Shown: piece by piece, positions 12,976-26,454 of the stretch
How positions within the stretch are numbered: the first letter of the stretch is position 1
Layout of the letters: the number at the start of each line of letters is the position of its first letter
Assembly (NCBI GenBank): GCA_022605425.2
Contig: JAKIMF020000007.1
Span: 1,240,001-1,304,000 of the forward strand
Length of the DNA: 64,000 nt
Source of the DNA: Hamiltosporidium tvaerminnensis FI-OER-3-3
Taxonomy: Eukaryota; Fungi; Microsporidia
Direction: 5' to 3'
The notes under the pieces: generated by a model
Database searches by the model: none
The model's input: only the letters and a program-made list of their open reading frames with translations
Told to the model about the DNA's origin: nothing
Made by a program: the position numbers and the translations under genes

Positions 12976-15403
12976 ATGGTAGTAAGTGATATAAACGAAG
13001 AGAGGGTTGTAAATATTGTTTTAATATTTTTTTTAAAAGCTTGGTGGTATAAAAACCTTAATAATATGTATTTATATAAGGCTTTTAGACTTCATTATCT
13101 GATATATAATATCTTAGAAAACTCGATTAATTGTACCCTACATAGAATAAATATTGTATATGTTTCAAAGAATGAGTTGAAACTTGAAGAATTCGAAAAA
13201 TATAAAAGTATAGAAAGTAATCTTAAGCAAAGTGTATATTTAAACAACTCATTTACAAATTTGAGAGTCAAAGCATTAGAAATAATATATAAAAAAAATC
13301 TGGATAAATATAAAGAATTGAATAAAATAGAAAAATGTAAGATCATAATTGATTATCCACATCAATGTCTATTAAAATTTAAGACTTTTGATACATTTTT
13401 AAACAGTAAAACAAAATCGTTTAATTTATATTTAGATGAATTAGATAATGGCTCTTTAAACTATATTTATTAAGTCATTATCCCGTATAGATTATTTCGT
13501 AAATAATATAAAGCCAAAGCTCTTCTATTCAATATTGTTTTGGCTGCAATACTTTGATGTAATCCGAAATAAGTACTTTGAAATATATCTGATGGGTCTT
13601 TTTAATAACTCATTGATGGGTCAATATTCAAATGAATATCGGACATTTAATTATAAAAAATTTTATTTTGGAGGTAAACTCAAATCTGTAATTACAAACT
13701 TGGTTTTTACATGTTTTCTACAGGTTTATTTGCTGGGATTGAAAAGATTTAAATATATTCTATTTTTTCGATCAAGATAATAATGCTTCAATCAATAATG
13801 ATCTGTTTGCCAACCTCGTTTTACAATTTAAAAATAAAAACCTTGCGTCTATATTGAAATATTGGGTAGAAAAAAAATCTTTTCATTTTATAGAACATTA
13901 TATTGCAAGAATTTACATAAAACGAATTGAAATAGGAAAACTGACTTCAGATATATCAGATGATAGATTATTGATATTTATAGAGTATTTCCTGCTAAAA
14001 ACTAGAAGAAATCGAATTAATAATTGATGAAAACAATGTAAAAATATTAGAACTTATAAAATGTAAAAAACTTCGGTTTTTAAAAACAAAAATATTGTCT
14101 ATTAGCAATATTAATATAAAAGATATTTTCATTCTTCTACAATTTCCCAAATTAGAACATATATTTCTCAAAGTTGAAGTCAATTCTGATAAAAATCATA
14201 TGGTGTTCGACGGACGAAATACATCTCAATTACGTTTTTTTAAAGATATTTTTCTTTTCTCTAATCAAAAAATTATTGATAAAATTTTTGAAATATTTGT
14301 CGAATTATTAAAATGTAAAGATTTGAAAGTAATCATCAGAAAAGAAATTGGATTGTTTGAAGTTAAGATACTTAGGAGCAATAAATTTCATAGACAGTAA
14401 TTTAGAATATAAAAAAGGAAATCATCTTTTTGATTTGACAGATACCAACATTTACTCAAAAATAATATCGCTTGATACTATTATGATAAAATATTGGAAT
14501 CCAAGATATAAAAGTTTTATAAATATCTTTGATTATCAAGAGATACAGAATTTAAATGTGTTTAGATCCCAATTATGTGTGTTCCTATATACAGAAATTA
14601 TATCTCTCTTTAAACATCCGAAAATCAAAAAAATTATTTTAAACGACTGTACGATTTTAAAATCTACGGATAAAATAAAAACCGAAGATTTTGAGAATTA
14701 CGCCTTAGAAACTTTAAAAACCCAGAATACCGGATTCTCAAAGCATTTTATTAGACTTTTATCGGGGTTTATCAATCTAAAAACATTATCTTTGGATTCA
14801 TTTATAAAAAAAACAGAAGACATAAATATTTTAAAAGACATAAAATTTCCAAAAACTTTAGAAACTTTAGACCTCAAAAATAACAATTTTGAGGTTCTAA
14901 ATGAACGAGTTCGTTTTCAGTGTCAAAATCTAAAAATTATAAATTTATCCAATACAGATATTCCAAAAGACAGCTTATTTTATCTAATCTCATTTAAGGA
15001 TAGCATAGAAAGTTTTTATTATTCACATAATCGGATACATTCCTCAGATTTTAATTTATTTTGCCAAATGACCAATCTTTCCTGTTTATTTCTATCACAT
15101 TCAACATTTAAAAACATAACATTTTCTGATCTCATTGTTCAAAAACATCTCACTACAATAAAAGTCTTAAACCTTTCACACACTACACTTTACCCCCAAG
15201 ATTTATTTAAAATATCTTTGATACAAACCTTGGAACACTTGAATCTATTTTCTTGTAGATTCAAAAACCACTCCAAATTTTTCTTTGAACCAAATAAATT
15301 ACCTAAATTAATATATCTAAATATAGAAATAAATTATTTTACAGATTCTGAAATACAAAGTTTAAAAGAAACAACAAATCAAAACGTACTACACCTTTCA
15401 TAA
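12976..15403 (+). pseudogene. Leucine-rich repeat protein (microsporidian LRR family), multiply frameshifted
   Basis: CCCAGA-ATG start; consecutive same-strand ORFs 12976-13473, 13535-13780, 14095-14400, 14348-15403; LxxLxLxxN/T repeats (LETLDLKNN, LKIINLSNT, IKVLNLSHT, LEHLNLFSC, LIYLNIEIN). Confidence 0.8.
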
Positions 15404-16029
15404 TATTTATGTAGCTTATTTAATTCACTTTTACCGTTTTCCTAAATTAATTTAAATCTAAATACCACATTTCTCTTCTGATTAATTTAAATAAAAGTTA
15501 AAATTACTTAAATTCGTTTTTATTTTTTTATGTTAAACTTACAAAACCTTTTAAATTTTGATTTATTATTTTATAGCTATATTGTTTTTTTGTTCGAATT
15601 TCTATTCATTGACTATGAATATAAGGATGTATATTTTTTTTAAGGTTTATATTTCATCAATTATACTTTTCGTTAAAAAATTATTCTGTATATATTGATA
15701 ATTAGGATGGTTTTATAATTACCTCGATCCATTGCATTTATTTGACAATCTTATTTTCCATTTATTTTTATTATTTATACAAGTTTATAGTAGAAACCAG
15801 TAATATAAACTATAATTATAAAGCTAGTTCTCTTGGTTTTTATTATTTAAGAAATATCATATATTTTTCAAATAGTGGTTTGTATATATTGTTTTTATTA
15901 TACTCGTGCGTTCTGGATTTGACATAGTTATATTTTCTCGATATTGATTCGTAATTCTTAAGAAAACTACAGCTTAAAGCTTTCGATCGACGGTTGTAAA
16001 GAGCATATTAGAAAGACGAAGTAGTGGCT

Positions 16030-16385
16030 CGGATTAAGTTAAGGTAATTGCTTGAATTTTGATTGGGTGAAACCCATATAAGCCTCGGATAAAAGCAACG
16101 TTTCTACTTACTCTACACTTACCGAACCAAATATACTTCAATTTTAAATATATCTCGGCGGCTTATATGAGGTATTTATACCTTGATAAGCATACCAACG
16201 GATATAAGCTGCTATTTGCATCACCGGCTTTATCTAAAGTATATTTTTTGCATCGAAGGCGCCACGTCTTCTGACTCGAGTGATCAGAGCCATGTTTCTA
16301 TGCTTTTACATGTAATTGCCATAAGGTTAGCTGGGGTTTCTAATCTGGTTAAAAGGAAAACTACAGGCTAGGTTTGTAGAAAATG
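16030..16385 (-). mobile_element. Diverged internal copy of the structured-RNA retroposon
   Basis: ctacttactctacactt, cataccaac, gtcttctgactcgagtga, atgcttttacatg and aatctggtta...aaaactaca match the reverse complement of ~33920-34290. Confidence 0.8.
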
Positions 16386-19300
16386 CTTCCTAATATGTAG
16401 ATATTTATTTGTATAGACAAGTTTCCATAGATAAACTAAAAAGTTAGTATTATTTTCATGCCACTGAAAAATAATAAATGACTTTAACATCGATTACATC
16501 TAATCATTGCCAATCATATGTTTGCTGTGGCATACCCCATACCAAAAAGTTATTAATATATATAGAGCTAATTCTAAAACTAGATTAAACAGAAAGTAAA
16601 AAATAAATGTTTTTTATCTGAACCTTTCGTACACTTAGAGCTGTGATTTCTTTTGTATATTCATATTCCAGAGGGAATATATTTAGTATACTACGAGTAA
16701 AATTTTATATCAAGGTAAAAACAATTGTGATAAACATGAAATTGAATACAAAATTTTTTTTAAATTTTTAGAAATTCACCTTCCAGAATGAATTTACATC
16801 AGAAATGGTGGTATTTTAAAGTAGCGAATCTTATATACATCAAAAATGGTAGGGTATATACACAGATGTGGACAATATCATAAAAGAAGCAATAATGAAA
16901 GATGACAAGGCAGCCGTAGTCTAATTTTTTTTCCTATATACATCTTTCATTTCTTATTTATAAAGTTAATGCACTAGAAAATCATAAAAAAATACTGCGA
17001 GTTTGAGCGGAAACGAATCGAAATATTTGTTAAACGTGTCTAGATTATCTGCTATTGAAAGCATTTTATAAAATTCGGATGATTATTCCAAATTATACAT
17101 AGGAATGAATATAGTTATGTTGGTTGATATGAAGAAATACACAACAGATAATGCAAGGTTTGATGTATTCTACACATTTCGAATATAAATATTTCAATAT
17201 AAATCATGGGATTATTACAGCGAAATCCGGCAGCTGGTGTTGGCAAGCGTTTGAAAATATAATTTCTCGAAAGGGGAACCTTTTATCCGCAAATAATAAC
17301 GATAATAGCTATAAACGAAATAATAAAGCAATTACGACATTACCTGCATTTTTGGAATAGCCAAAAACATAATATTCAAGGACAGATTAAGAGAAACGAT
17401 CTGACTATTATACGCAGATCTGCTAAAAATTTAAGAATGTGTCGCTGAAAAGTTTGGTCGGATGTATATAAGAAAAGCGTGCTTACTTGTTTAGCATTTA
17501 AACCAAGAGCAGAGTAACTAAAAAAATTCTGATGGTGTATTTAGACGATTATCGGCAAAAAAAGCTATTAAATATGGAAACGATGCAATTTATAAGAATA
17601 TTTTTCAATCTTTGAATTAAAGGAATATTTGAAAAACAAATCAAAGCATAAAAATTATATTCGATGAAGATTAAATAGATATCGAGCATAAATTAACTAA
17701 TAAAATCAATATTTATAACAATAGTACTTTGACATCGAGACAAATATGTGTGTATACCAAAATGATACGGGTATATACTCTTTTCTTTTAAAATTGATTC
17801 GGGCGACTTAGATTCTTTTTAGAGAAATTTTGATAGCAATTAAAAAAACAGAGGAGCAAATTCTTGTTTTTACAAAGAAAGCTTTGTAAATTTGTCGCTT
17901 AAAGTGAAAGAGATAGCCTTCACCTTAATACTACGGTAAAATATCATTATTTTAAAAAATAGTATTTAAAAGGTACCATTCTGATAAATACTTTTCTTGG
18001 CAATAGAATGGACAATTAAAAGCCCATTTTTTAATAGCCATTATTTATATCTTAAAAGTAATATTCGGCATATTTTTTCATTTAAATTATTTATGGATTC
18101 TTTTTATATTTTTCTTCTTATTTGAAGTTATTAAAATTAAAAAGTTGAAAAAATAAGAAATCAGATGAAAATAGTCAAAGAGAAAAATTAGAGTGCAAAA
18201 TAAATTTATTTGTTTAGAGTTGATCTAATTTTTCCTTTTTAGGACTGGCCTGTTAAAAAATTTGTGGTTGTGGAATAAGAAATGAATATAGAATGAATCT
18301 AACAATATTTTTTCTAAAATTTTACTGGATTATAAATCCATAGGGTGCAGTTAAAATGATTATAATCAAAATTTAAACTCTAAAAATCAATTATCTTTAA
18401 ATGAGATATTCTATATAATAGGGGAAATGTATGGAATTGGAAACAAAAATTTGCAAGAAAAACAGCCATATATAATATATTTCATCTTTTATTTAATAGA
18501 AATTCCTTAATATAAAAATTTTATGAAATTTAATCTGTGGTTGTATAAAATACAATACATGTAATCTAAAAACAACAAAGATATTTTTTACATATTAAGA
18601 AAGACTTAATCGACAAAAAAAGGAAATAACTATAAATTATTTTTGCCACTAAAACCTGCTCATAATTATTAGACTTTGTATGTTGTGTATAAGAAGGATG
18701 TGTGTTTGAATGAATTCTTGAGCAAAAAAAAATCAGAATATCGCTATAACACTTCATTTTTTGCTTAATTCGGCAATTTAAAATTTTCTATTCTGCATAC
18801 TTCATATAATGAGAATGTAAACTGTTAATAGTGAAATCAAAAACTTTATTTAAAATTTGTCTTACTATAAAATTAATTTATTAAACGAATATCTTGGTCA
18901 AGTTCTATCTATAAAGCAAATATGTTCTCTCCTTTCTACGTTTTTATATTTATTAATTTGCAAGACACTATTTGAACGAGTAATTCGTCTTTCTGAGGTT
19001 TTTTTTGGGGAAAAGCTGGCAGGAAAAAGGTTTATCAAAAGAATTTTACAAAATTGAAATATTCGAAACATTTTTTAATTAATTTTAAAAATTATACTCA
19101 AAGTTTTTCTTTCTAAATGCCAAGAAACAATAAAATATCTCGATATTGTAAATCTGCTAAAAATAGAAAAAAAATCCATCAAAATACCAAAGTACTATAA
19201 AACCTATTCCTGCTTTCCTTATTACTCCCATTCGCTTTACACCTGCTAATTTTTTTATTGTTGAAGTTATATTTCTTTCCAAAACTGAAAAGTGTGATTC

Positions 19301-22300
19301 AATTCGACATGATACTACCTCTTCTAGAAAAAAAACATCAATGAAAGCCATATTCTTTTTCTAGAAAACATGGAAACAATTCCTAAAAGAAATAAAGGCT
19401 TTTCGAATACTCAAAGAATACAGATGTGGTTCAAGAAATAAACTTTATTAATATAGATCAAGAATTGATAAAAACGACAAACAAAAAGGAATGGAAAGAA
19501 AATTTTAGATGTTTATATGATTCTTCAAATGAATATTGGCTACGAAACGAAAATATATGACATCTAAGATCGTCTAAGACCGAATTTATAAACTAAAAAG
19601 GTTCAAAGTCGCAAAAAAATTAATGATTTCGGCTATGAACGAATTAAAAAACGTAATACAAGCATAGTTTTTTTATTCAGACGAGTTCATAATTACATCG
19701 TGATATTTTAATAATATCAAAAAAAACATAATGATTGAAAATTTAAAATATCTTGAAATCACAAAAACATATATTGATATTTAAAAAGTAGAAATATAAT
19801 TTTAGAATCATTATTTGTATTAATAGAAAGTGTTTAGAGCCAAAGAGAAAAAATTCATTAATTTTTTTAGAGGTTTTTACTCATTAAACTGATTGCACAA
19901 AATAAATGTTATGTATAACTTAGATAAACCTTTATTACCAATGTTATTCTTATATAAAAATCATATTTTTTAAAAACAGTTCGATAAAAAATAAAAATGA
20001 AGTAATATTGACAAATAATTCACAGTTTTAACCATTTTTATCTCCATTTATTGATGCAGTATAATTGAAATTCAATAAAAATTTAGATGAACTATAGTTT
20101 GTAAAAGGAAAAACATTAAATGTTCTTCTTTGATACAAAAAGGATTTTAAGGATTAAAAATAGGAATGACACATGAAGCACTTAGTCCGATTTTTAAAAA
20201 AACCTAGTATTGATACCGAATCATTTGTATGTTTAATTCAGTTATTAAATAAACTTTATTTAAATATCCAATGATAATGTAAATTATTCCAAATCTTCTG
20301 AAAAAGACGAATAATATATATCTAGAAATTTACTTTGTGAATGATTGTATCCAAAGTTTAATTCTTTGTCTTTTGAGTAATTAAAAGAAAATTTTTTACT
20401 GAATTAATACGATAAGAAGTTTTTGAAACTAGAGGGCATTTTTCTTGCTTATTTTATGTAAATATTGTTGTATCTTTTTGTGGTTTGTAAGCTATTTCTC
20501 TAACAAAATTTACCTTCTCAGCTGCGAACCGCTTTTTTTTCAAAATTTAATTATATTTTCCACGATTTTAAATATTAATATTTTTATATTTCTATGACCA
20601 AATAATTCTTCAAAAATTTGATTAAAATTAAAATAGAACACTTGGATTCAAAGATATGTATTATGAAAGTTCAAAAGATGAATTAGAAGTATTGGAACGA
20701 GGATAACACATTGATTGGTTAGAGAATAAATTATTCTAAGTTTGGTTATTGTCGTAACCTCTCTCGAGGCACCCAGATAAAAGGCATTTTGATAGAGGCA
20801 GGCTCTATGATTTGAATAAAAAGGTTTCTTAAACCATGTAACTAAATAGTTGTTTTGATTAACGAAAGATTTATTTAATTTAATCTGCTAATCTTCGTTT
20901 TTCTTTCTTTCATCATTGAGGTTTGCATAAAATAAAATATAATTTTATATTTTATAGGGGAATTCAATAAACCATAATTATGCAGTAGAATACTGCAGGT
21001 ATAAATTTACAATTTTCTTATTTAATTTCAAAACCTTGAATATATGAGTATGGGACATCTCGATTTTGATTTTTAAATTCGGGAAATTTTTATTATGTAA
21101 AAAAGGGTTTATTTCGTTAGATCTTTTCGAATTTAATTCAATAGAACATATTTCAGCCTTTTATATTAATATTGAATTTGAAAATTAATTTTTGCTAGAT
21201 TTGAGCTCTAAAATCTTAAGAGCACATTATATTGTAAACTTTATATATACCTACAAAGTGTTCTGATCCTAGTAAGTGTTCATCGATTAGTGGCATAGAT
21301 TTTTAAAAAAAATGTTAGAATTATATAGCCTTGGAGCCTTCGGATTTACCTCTTCCGAGACAAAAATTGTTACGAAATTCTTATTAAAAAGCACGTTGCT
21401 TTCCATCATTTATCTTTTCGGAATTCCTTCAGAAAAATATGCTGTTTATCTACCAGTTCACGGCTCTAAAGAATTTGAATTTTCGAAGTATAATTCATAG
21501 CCGGGTCTAATGTATTAATTATAGTCGGGTTTCTGAGTTCTGCATTTCAGAAACTTAATCATCTGTAAATTGACTTTATGATCGTATTTATATACAATTT
21601 TTTGCCACATATAGTCATATATGATTTGCAAAATAGAAACATTACTTTTACAAAAATCTTAAATTTCTGCAATTACAGTACAATTCATAAAAGCACAATT
21701 CTGATTGCTAAATATTTATTTTATAATTCTTCTGTTACTGATAGCGTTTTAGTAAAAGATATTTCATGTTTGAAATATTTAAAAAAACATTAAATTTTTC
21801 GATTACAAAATGATCTACGGATTGTTGATTATTGATGTTATTTTAAAAACAACTACTTTGATATTTTAAGAGCTCTCTTTAAACATATGATATGGTATAT
21901 GTGTTTAACTTTTTTTATAATTGAGTAAAATTTATAAGATATATATTTTTTCAATATTTAATTAATGTTGCGTATTTTAAGTATGACAAATATTTTGGAC
22001 CTAAGCTTTTGATCAGGAAAAAACAAAGGCTAATACGCCTCAAGTCATTTAAATTAAGAATATATTAAATTTTTTAACGTTATTTGAACATATCGGAATG
22101 TCTAATAAATACCTAAATCTACTAAATAGCGACTATCTATAAATTATATGATATTAAGCTTTTATATCTGTACGCAATTGAATAGGCAAATTTTTAATGT
22201 TATAATTTAAATTAGAATATAATCCAAAAGGTTCTTTTTTTTTGAATTAGAATTATAAATTTTTATACATTAAATATTGGTTTTCGATATACCATTTAAA

Positions 22301-22310
22301 TAATTCCGGC

Positions 22311-25300
22311 TTAAAAACATTTTCACTCTGTTATAGATTTTCTTCTACCTCGTTAATTCACAAATATTTCCCCTAAAACCTAGTCTTATTTTATATTTAT
22401 AGTTCTTTCTGTAATGGGGGATTTATCTGAGATAATTTACAAATTATTTCTCATTTCGGATGTTTGGCACCATCCTCAATGTTACTCGCTTGTTTTAAAA
22501 AGGGTTTGTCTCTCAATCATCTCGGCTCCTTTAATAACAACTATTAACGCTTTTACTAAGCTTCAGTCGGCATTTCGTTCTGGCTAAAGTCCTTTTGTTC
22601 GATCGAAAAAATTTTCTTGACTTATATGTGAGTAGAATATATTGTATAGGCCCCTTCTCTTGATCGCATTTGAGATTTTTTGTAAGCGTGGCTTATTGTA
22701 TTTTGTTACAATGTGTCGAAGGCCATCACATAAAGAATTATCCGAAGTATAATTTGTCAATAAGCTCCAAATATTCTGCATTAGGGTGATACTTCCTAAG
22801 TTTTCTATTTAAAATATTTTAAGCGAGTTATGCGGAGTTATTCCTACTCTAATGAAAGTTATTTTATTCTATCATTCCCTTAAAATGAATAAATATGTTC
22901 TATTATACATAATTGAAGAATTTTTTACATTAATATTTGCTCTGATTTATGCATACTCGTTTTCATGAATTTATTTAACTTAGTGACTTCTAATTTATTT
23001 TCTAGGTTACAAATTAAGTCTGTTTGAGAATATAGTTAATATTTTCGTACAGTTTCATTATGCATTCTGGTATAATCATGTTTAAGTATTTTTTAGCATT
23101 GATTTGCTAATTTTCAAGTTTTTTATTGAATAAAAAATGTCATGAGACATACCTTCTGCTCTCCAGAAAACATTTTAATATAATTAAAATACATTCCTTC
23201 ATTCATCATTGGCACTACAGCCCTGTGCGAGTTTTGGCCTCCCTTAGTAATACTGCTTACCTGTATTTTTCCAGTGGGTTTGTTTACTTATCGGGTTTCG
23301 TAACAAGGTCGTTTTAAAAGGTGGGTTGTTAATCCTACGCCCAACATGAAGGATCAGTCCCTTTTAGTCGCCTCTTACGACAAGTTGAGAATACTCCAAG
23401 CCAATTCTGCACCCGGAATGGTGAGAAAAATTAAAAATATAACTTCCTTATAATGTGGCCTATTATTTCTTTTCTATAGATACTTAAGAGTCGCTAGCAC
23501 TTGAGAGCTTATATTCTTACAATATATGATTTTAAGTCGAGTTTTCGTTTTCCATTCTGTGATTATAATTTACTATGCAAGTTTCTTCTGATTTCTTTTA
23601 TATAGCTTTTTCGTCTAATTTTTTTTTTCTCTTTACGAAGACTTTTATGGGTGCAAGATCTATTTTATTAGTATTTTTTATATTGAGATTTATACTTTTC
23701 TCGGTTTAATTTCTTTACCTTTTTCAAACAATTCAAGGGTTGTAAATAAATATTTTTTCCTCAAAGTTCAATCTATGTTAAGCATCTCTCAAGTGATGTT
23801 CGCGAGGGATAAAAATAATCTAAACATTTTTAAAGAAATTAACGCTTATTTTTTTTATAAAAACTGTACTTAAAGCATCATCTGACTTAAGAAGTACTAT
23901 CATTTTAACAAAAATTCACATGTATGATAGTTTCGTATGATATTGCTTTTTGATTAATGGTTTGACAAAATTTCCCCGGTTAAATTTTGTTCGGCTAATT
24001 TTTATACTCGTTTATATGTTTGATCTGTACTTCATCAAAAAACCCGAATGTTCAGATTTATCATCCATCGTCTATTTTTTCAAAAAATAGGCATACTCTT
24101 AGCCACACAGTTTCTTTATGAGAAAATTCTCGGTGTAAATTTAATATTCTATGTTGTTTTGGGCTTTTTTACCTCTTAGTAATCTGTTTTAATGGTTCTC
24201 TTTCTTACAAGAAGCTTGAGATCATCAATAAAAGAGAGAAGATTATTCGACGATGATTCCGAATGTTTTTGTATTGTCACCTTAGCTATTTTTCATCCCG
24301 ATTTCGGCTTAATTGATCCATAAATAACCTCGAAAAACAATGGTGGCAAATCATTTATTTGTAATATTTTTCTTCTAGTCTTGTTGTTCAGATACTTGCT
24401 GGTCCTCTGACATAAAAATTTTCTTTTTTTAGATTTTTCATAGATAAATTTCATAATTAAACCAGTTAAACATAAGTTTAAAAGTTAGTGTGTTTAATAA
24501 GCATGATAAGTTCAAGCATAAGCCTTTTTTGGCTTCGATTTTGATACTTTATAGGTTTTAATTCATTCTTCATTACGAGAAACATTTAAGTGAGCTTCTA
24601 TTCGTCTTTCCATACACCCCCACGTTAAAAATTAATATCTGATAGTTTAATTCGTCTTTAGTGTTTAAACTGAACGATCTTTGTAACATACTTTGTCGTC
24701 AGCAGGTAGAAATTCGAAATACAGCCAATTTCTCTATACGCAGAACCCTTTTTAATGGGTCTTTAAGAAATAGAATACGAAGCATCGTAATTATATAGGT
24801 CTAACCGTGTCGTTCCTTCTAAAACTTATTTTCACATATCAAATAGTATATAAAGGCTTATAAGATTTTGGATCATAAGATTTTATATGCTTTCATCTCC
24901 GCCATTAAGAAGCCAAATGAAAATTTCTAGAACTCGTCAGTGAATAGACTGTGTTCGATGGATACCTGATTTAAAAGCATCAAATACTTATCATACGAAA
25001 AAACCTAGAATTTCTTTTACAATAAAGGCTAAAAACTTATAGTTAAATCAAAATAACCATATGCTCACGATATTCATGCATAGAAGACCGACGCCTAAAT
25101 TCCTCCATGAATAGTTCAAGATTACGATTCTTTCTTTGTAATGTTTTTAACTTCTATACATTGTAATTTGTTTCCATTAGACATTAAAAGTCCTTTTCTT
25201 CTCAACTGAAGACTCGTAAGATTAGTTACACTGCCAAAGTTCAAATTAAAATCTCTTCCGGTTTTTATTATGTAATTGTGTCATTGAATCGTCGAGTTTT

Positions 25301-25719
25301 TTGTCTATAGGCTTTCTTAAAGAGATCCTAAAGAGTCAAACTGCGAGATTTCACTCTCTATACTTTCCTTCCGAGTTATTAAGGTTTCTATTTACGTGTT
25401 AACTCGTCATAGCATACCTAACGCACCGTATAATCCCCCCTGCTTCAGTTATAGCATTTCTTTTATGCTGTTCGGCAAGTTCAAAGTAATCAATCTATTT
25501 AGTTCAAAACCTTGCTATCCACCTGTTTATTATCAAATTTCAAGTTTAGACATCTATATCTAATATTTTGATATTCGAGATTTCTTTGATAATATTATAA
25601 AACCAATCTCTTAGGTTTATGCTTTCATTAGTGTCGGGCGAAGAAAATTTCTCGGTGTGAAAGGTTTCGATGCAATCACATTAGTTCTCATTTTACCTAA
25701 TTTTATTTTCGGTCTCCAT
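22311..25719 (-). mobile_element. Near full-length degenerate non-LTR retrotransposon, RT plus restriction-like endonuclease (R4/R2-type)
   Basis: Broken minus-strand frames give, in order: LPPLFF..FMDQLSR, FIDDLKLL (RT catalytic, ~24210-24233), YPSRTSLERCL, HDYTRMHNE, NEYA.IR, ITFIRVGIT..SL, LRKY, YVMAFD.IVTKY. The 3' end aligns with 30845-30900. Candidate ATG at 25719; a GC-richer putative 5' UTR extends to ~26090. Confidence 0.8.
23192..23426 (-). mobile_element. Short non-autonomous RTE-derived (bipartite 5'+3') retroposon nested in the RLE element
   Basis: Minus strand carries cttGTCGtaagagGCGACtaaaaggg (motif I recall from RTE 5' UTRs) and ends ggaggccaaaactcgcacagggctgtagtgcc-aatgatgaatgaag (RTE-type 3' end plus microsatellite tail). 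Flanked by imperfect aattaaaa(a)ta repeats; second copy at ~59905. Confidence 0.75.
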
Positions 25720-26454
25720 TTTTTTTTGTTAATTTTTTTAATACCTCGATATCAACAGCACAGCAAAGTTTCATATTATAGTACCCAGGAATTCCAGAAT
25801 ATCTGTTTCTTGGCAGTCTCTTAAATATCTTCTGCACTTCCAGCGCGAGGCTTTTATTAGTCACAGCCAGGACAGAATCAAGTATTTAGTGTAAAACTAT
25901 CAGGCTGTTTCCCTTTGGAATGTAATCAGCATTAATATTATATACTGTTGACTCGTCTACACGCAGATGAATCAGAGTAAAAGAACGAATGTATGATTAC
26001 AAACAAGTAGACTAGACCAGACTGACAATTTTTACGCAATAAAAAGTGTATGTTGTTAAATGATCGGTTAAGTTGGTGGTCCCTCGAATAGCGTTAATAA
26101 ATCTATACACATACTTTCTTGCTTTGAATATTTTAGATCGATTTAAGTCTTTTCATTTTTTATATTTTCGCTGTCAACTTTCTTCTTTATGCTCATGTTC
26201 CAATAATAATAGAACTATAATTATAAATATTGGCATATATAACATCCGAATTTCAATTATGGGGAATTATTTACTTTATTGGCATTTCTTATTAAATATT
26301 TATTCAATTTATGCTCATTTAATAATCCCTGAGTATAAAATTTATTAATAAACTCATTCATAAACTAAAATTACAAATTAAATTTCTAAAAAAAATATTT
26401 TTACAACAAAGAAAATTCATTTAAAGAAGAATTTTATTAAATTACAGATGGGTT

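Noticed and set aside
17532-17552. MVYLDD, a possible RT catalytic motif in 16700-17900
   Set aside because: No supporting RT motifs could be placed in order; may be an old TE but unsupported.
22584-22781. 65-aa ORF with CCCTA-ATG context
   Set aside because: Lies within the decayed RLE endonuclease region (IVTKY, FFDRTKGL are element residues).
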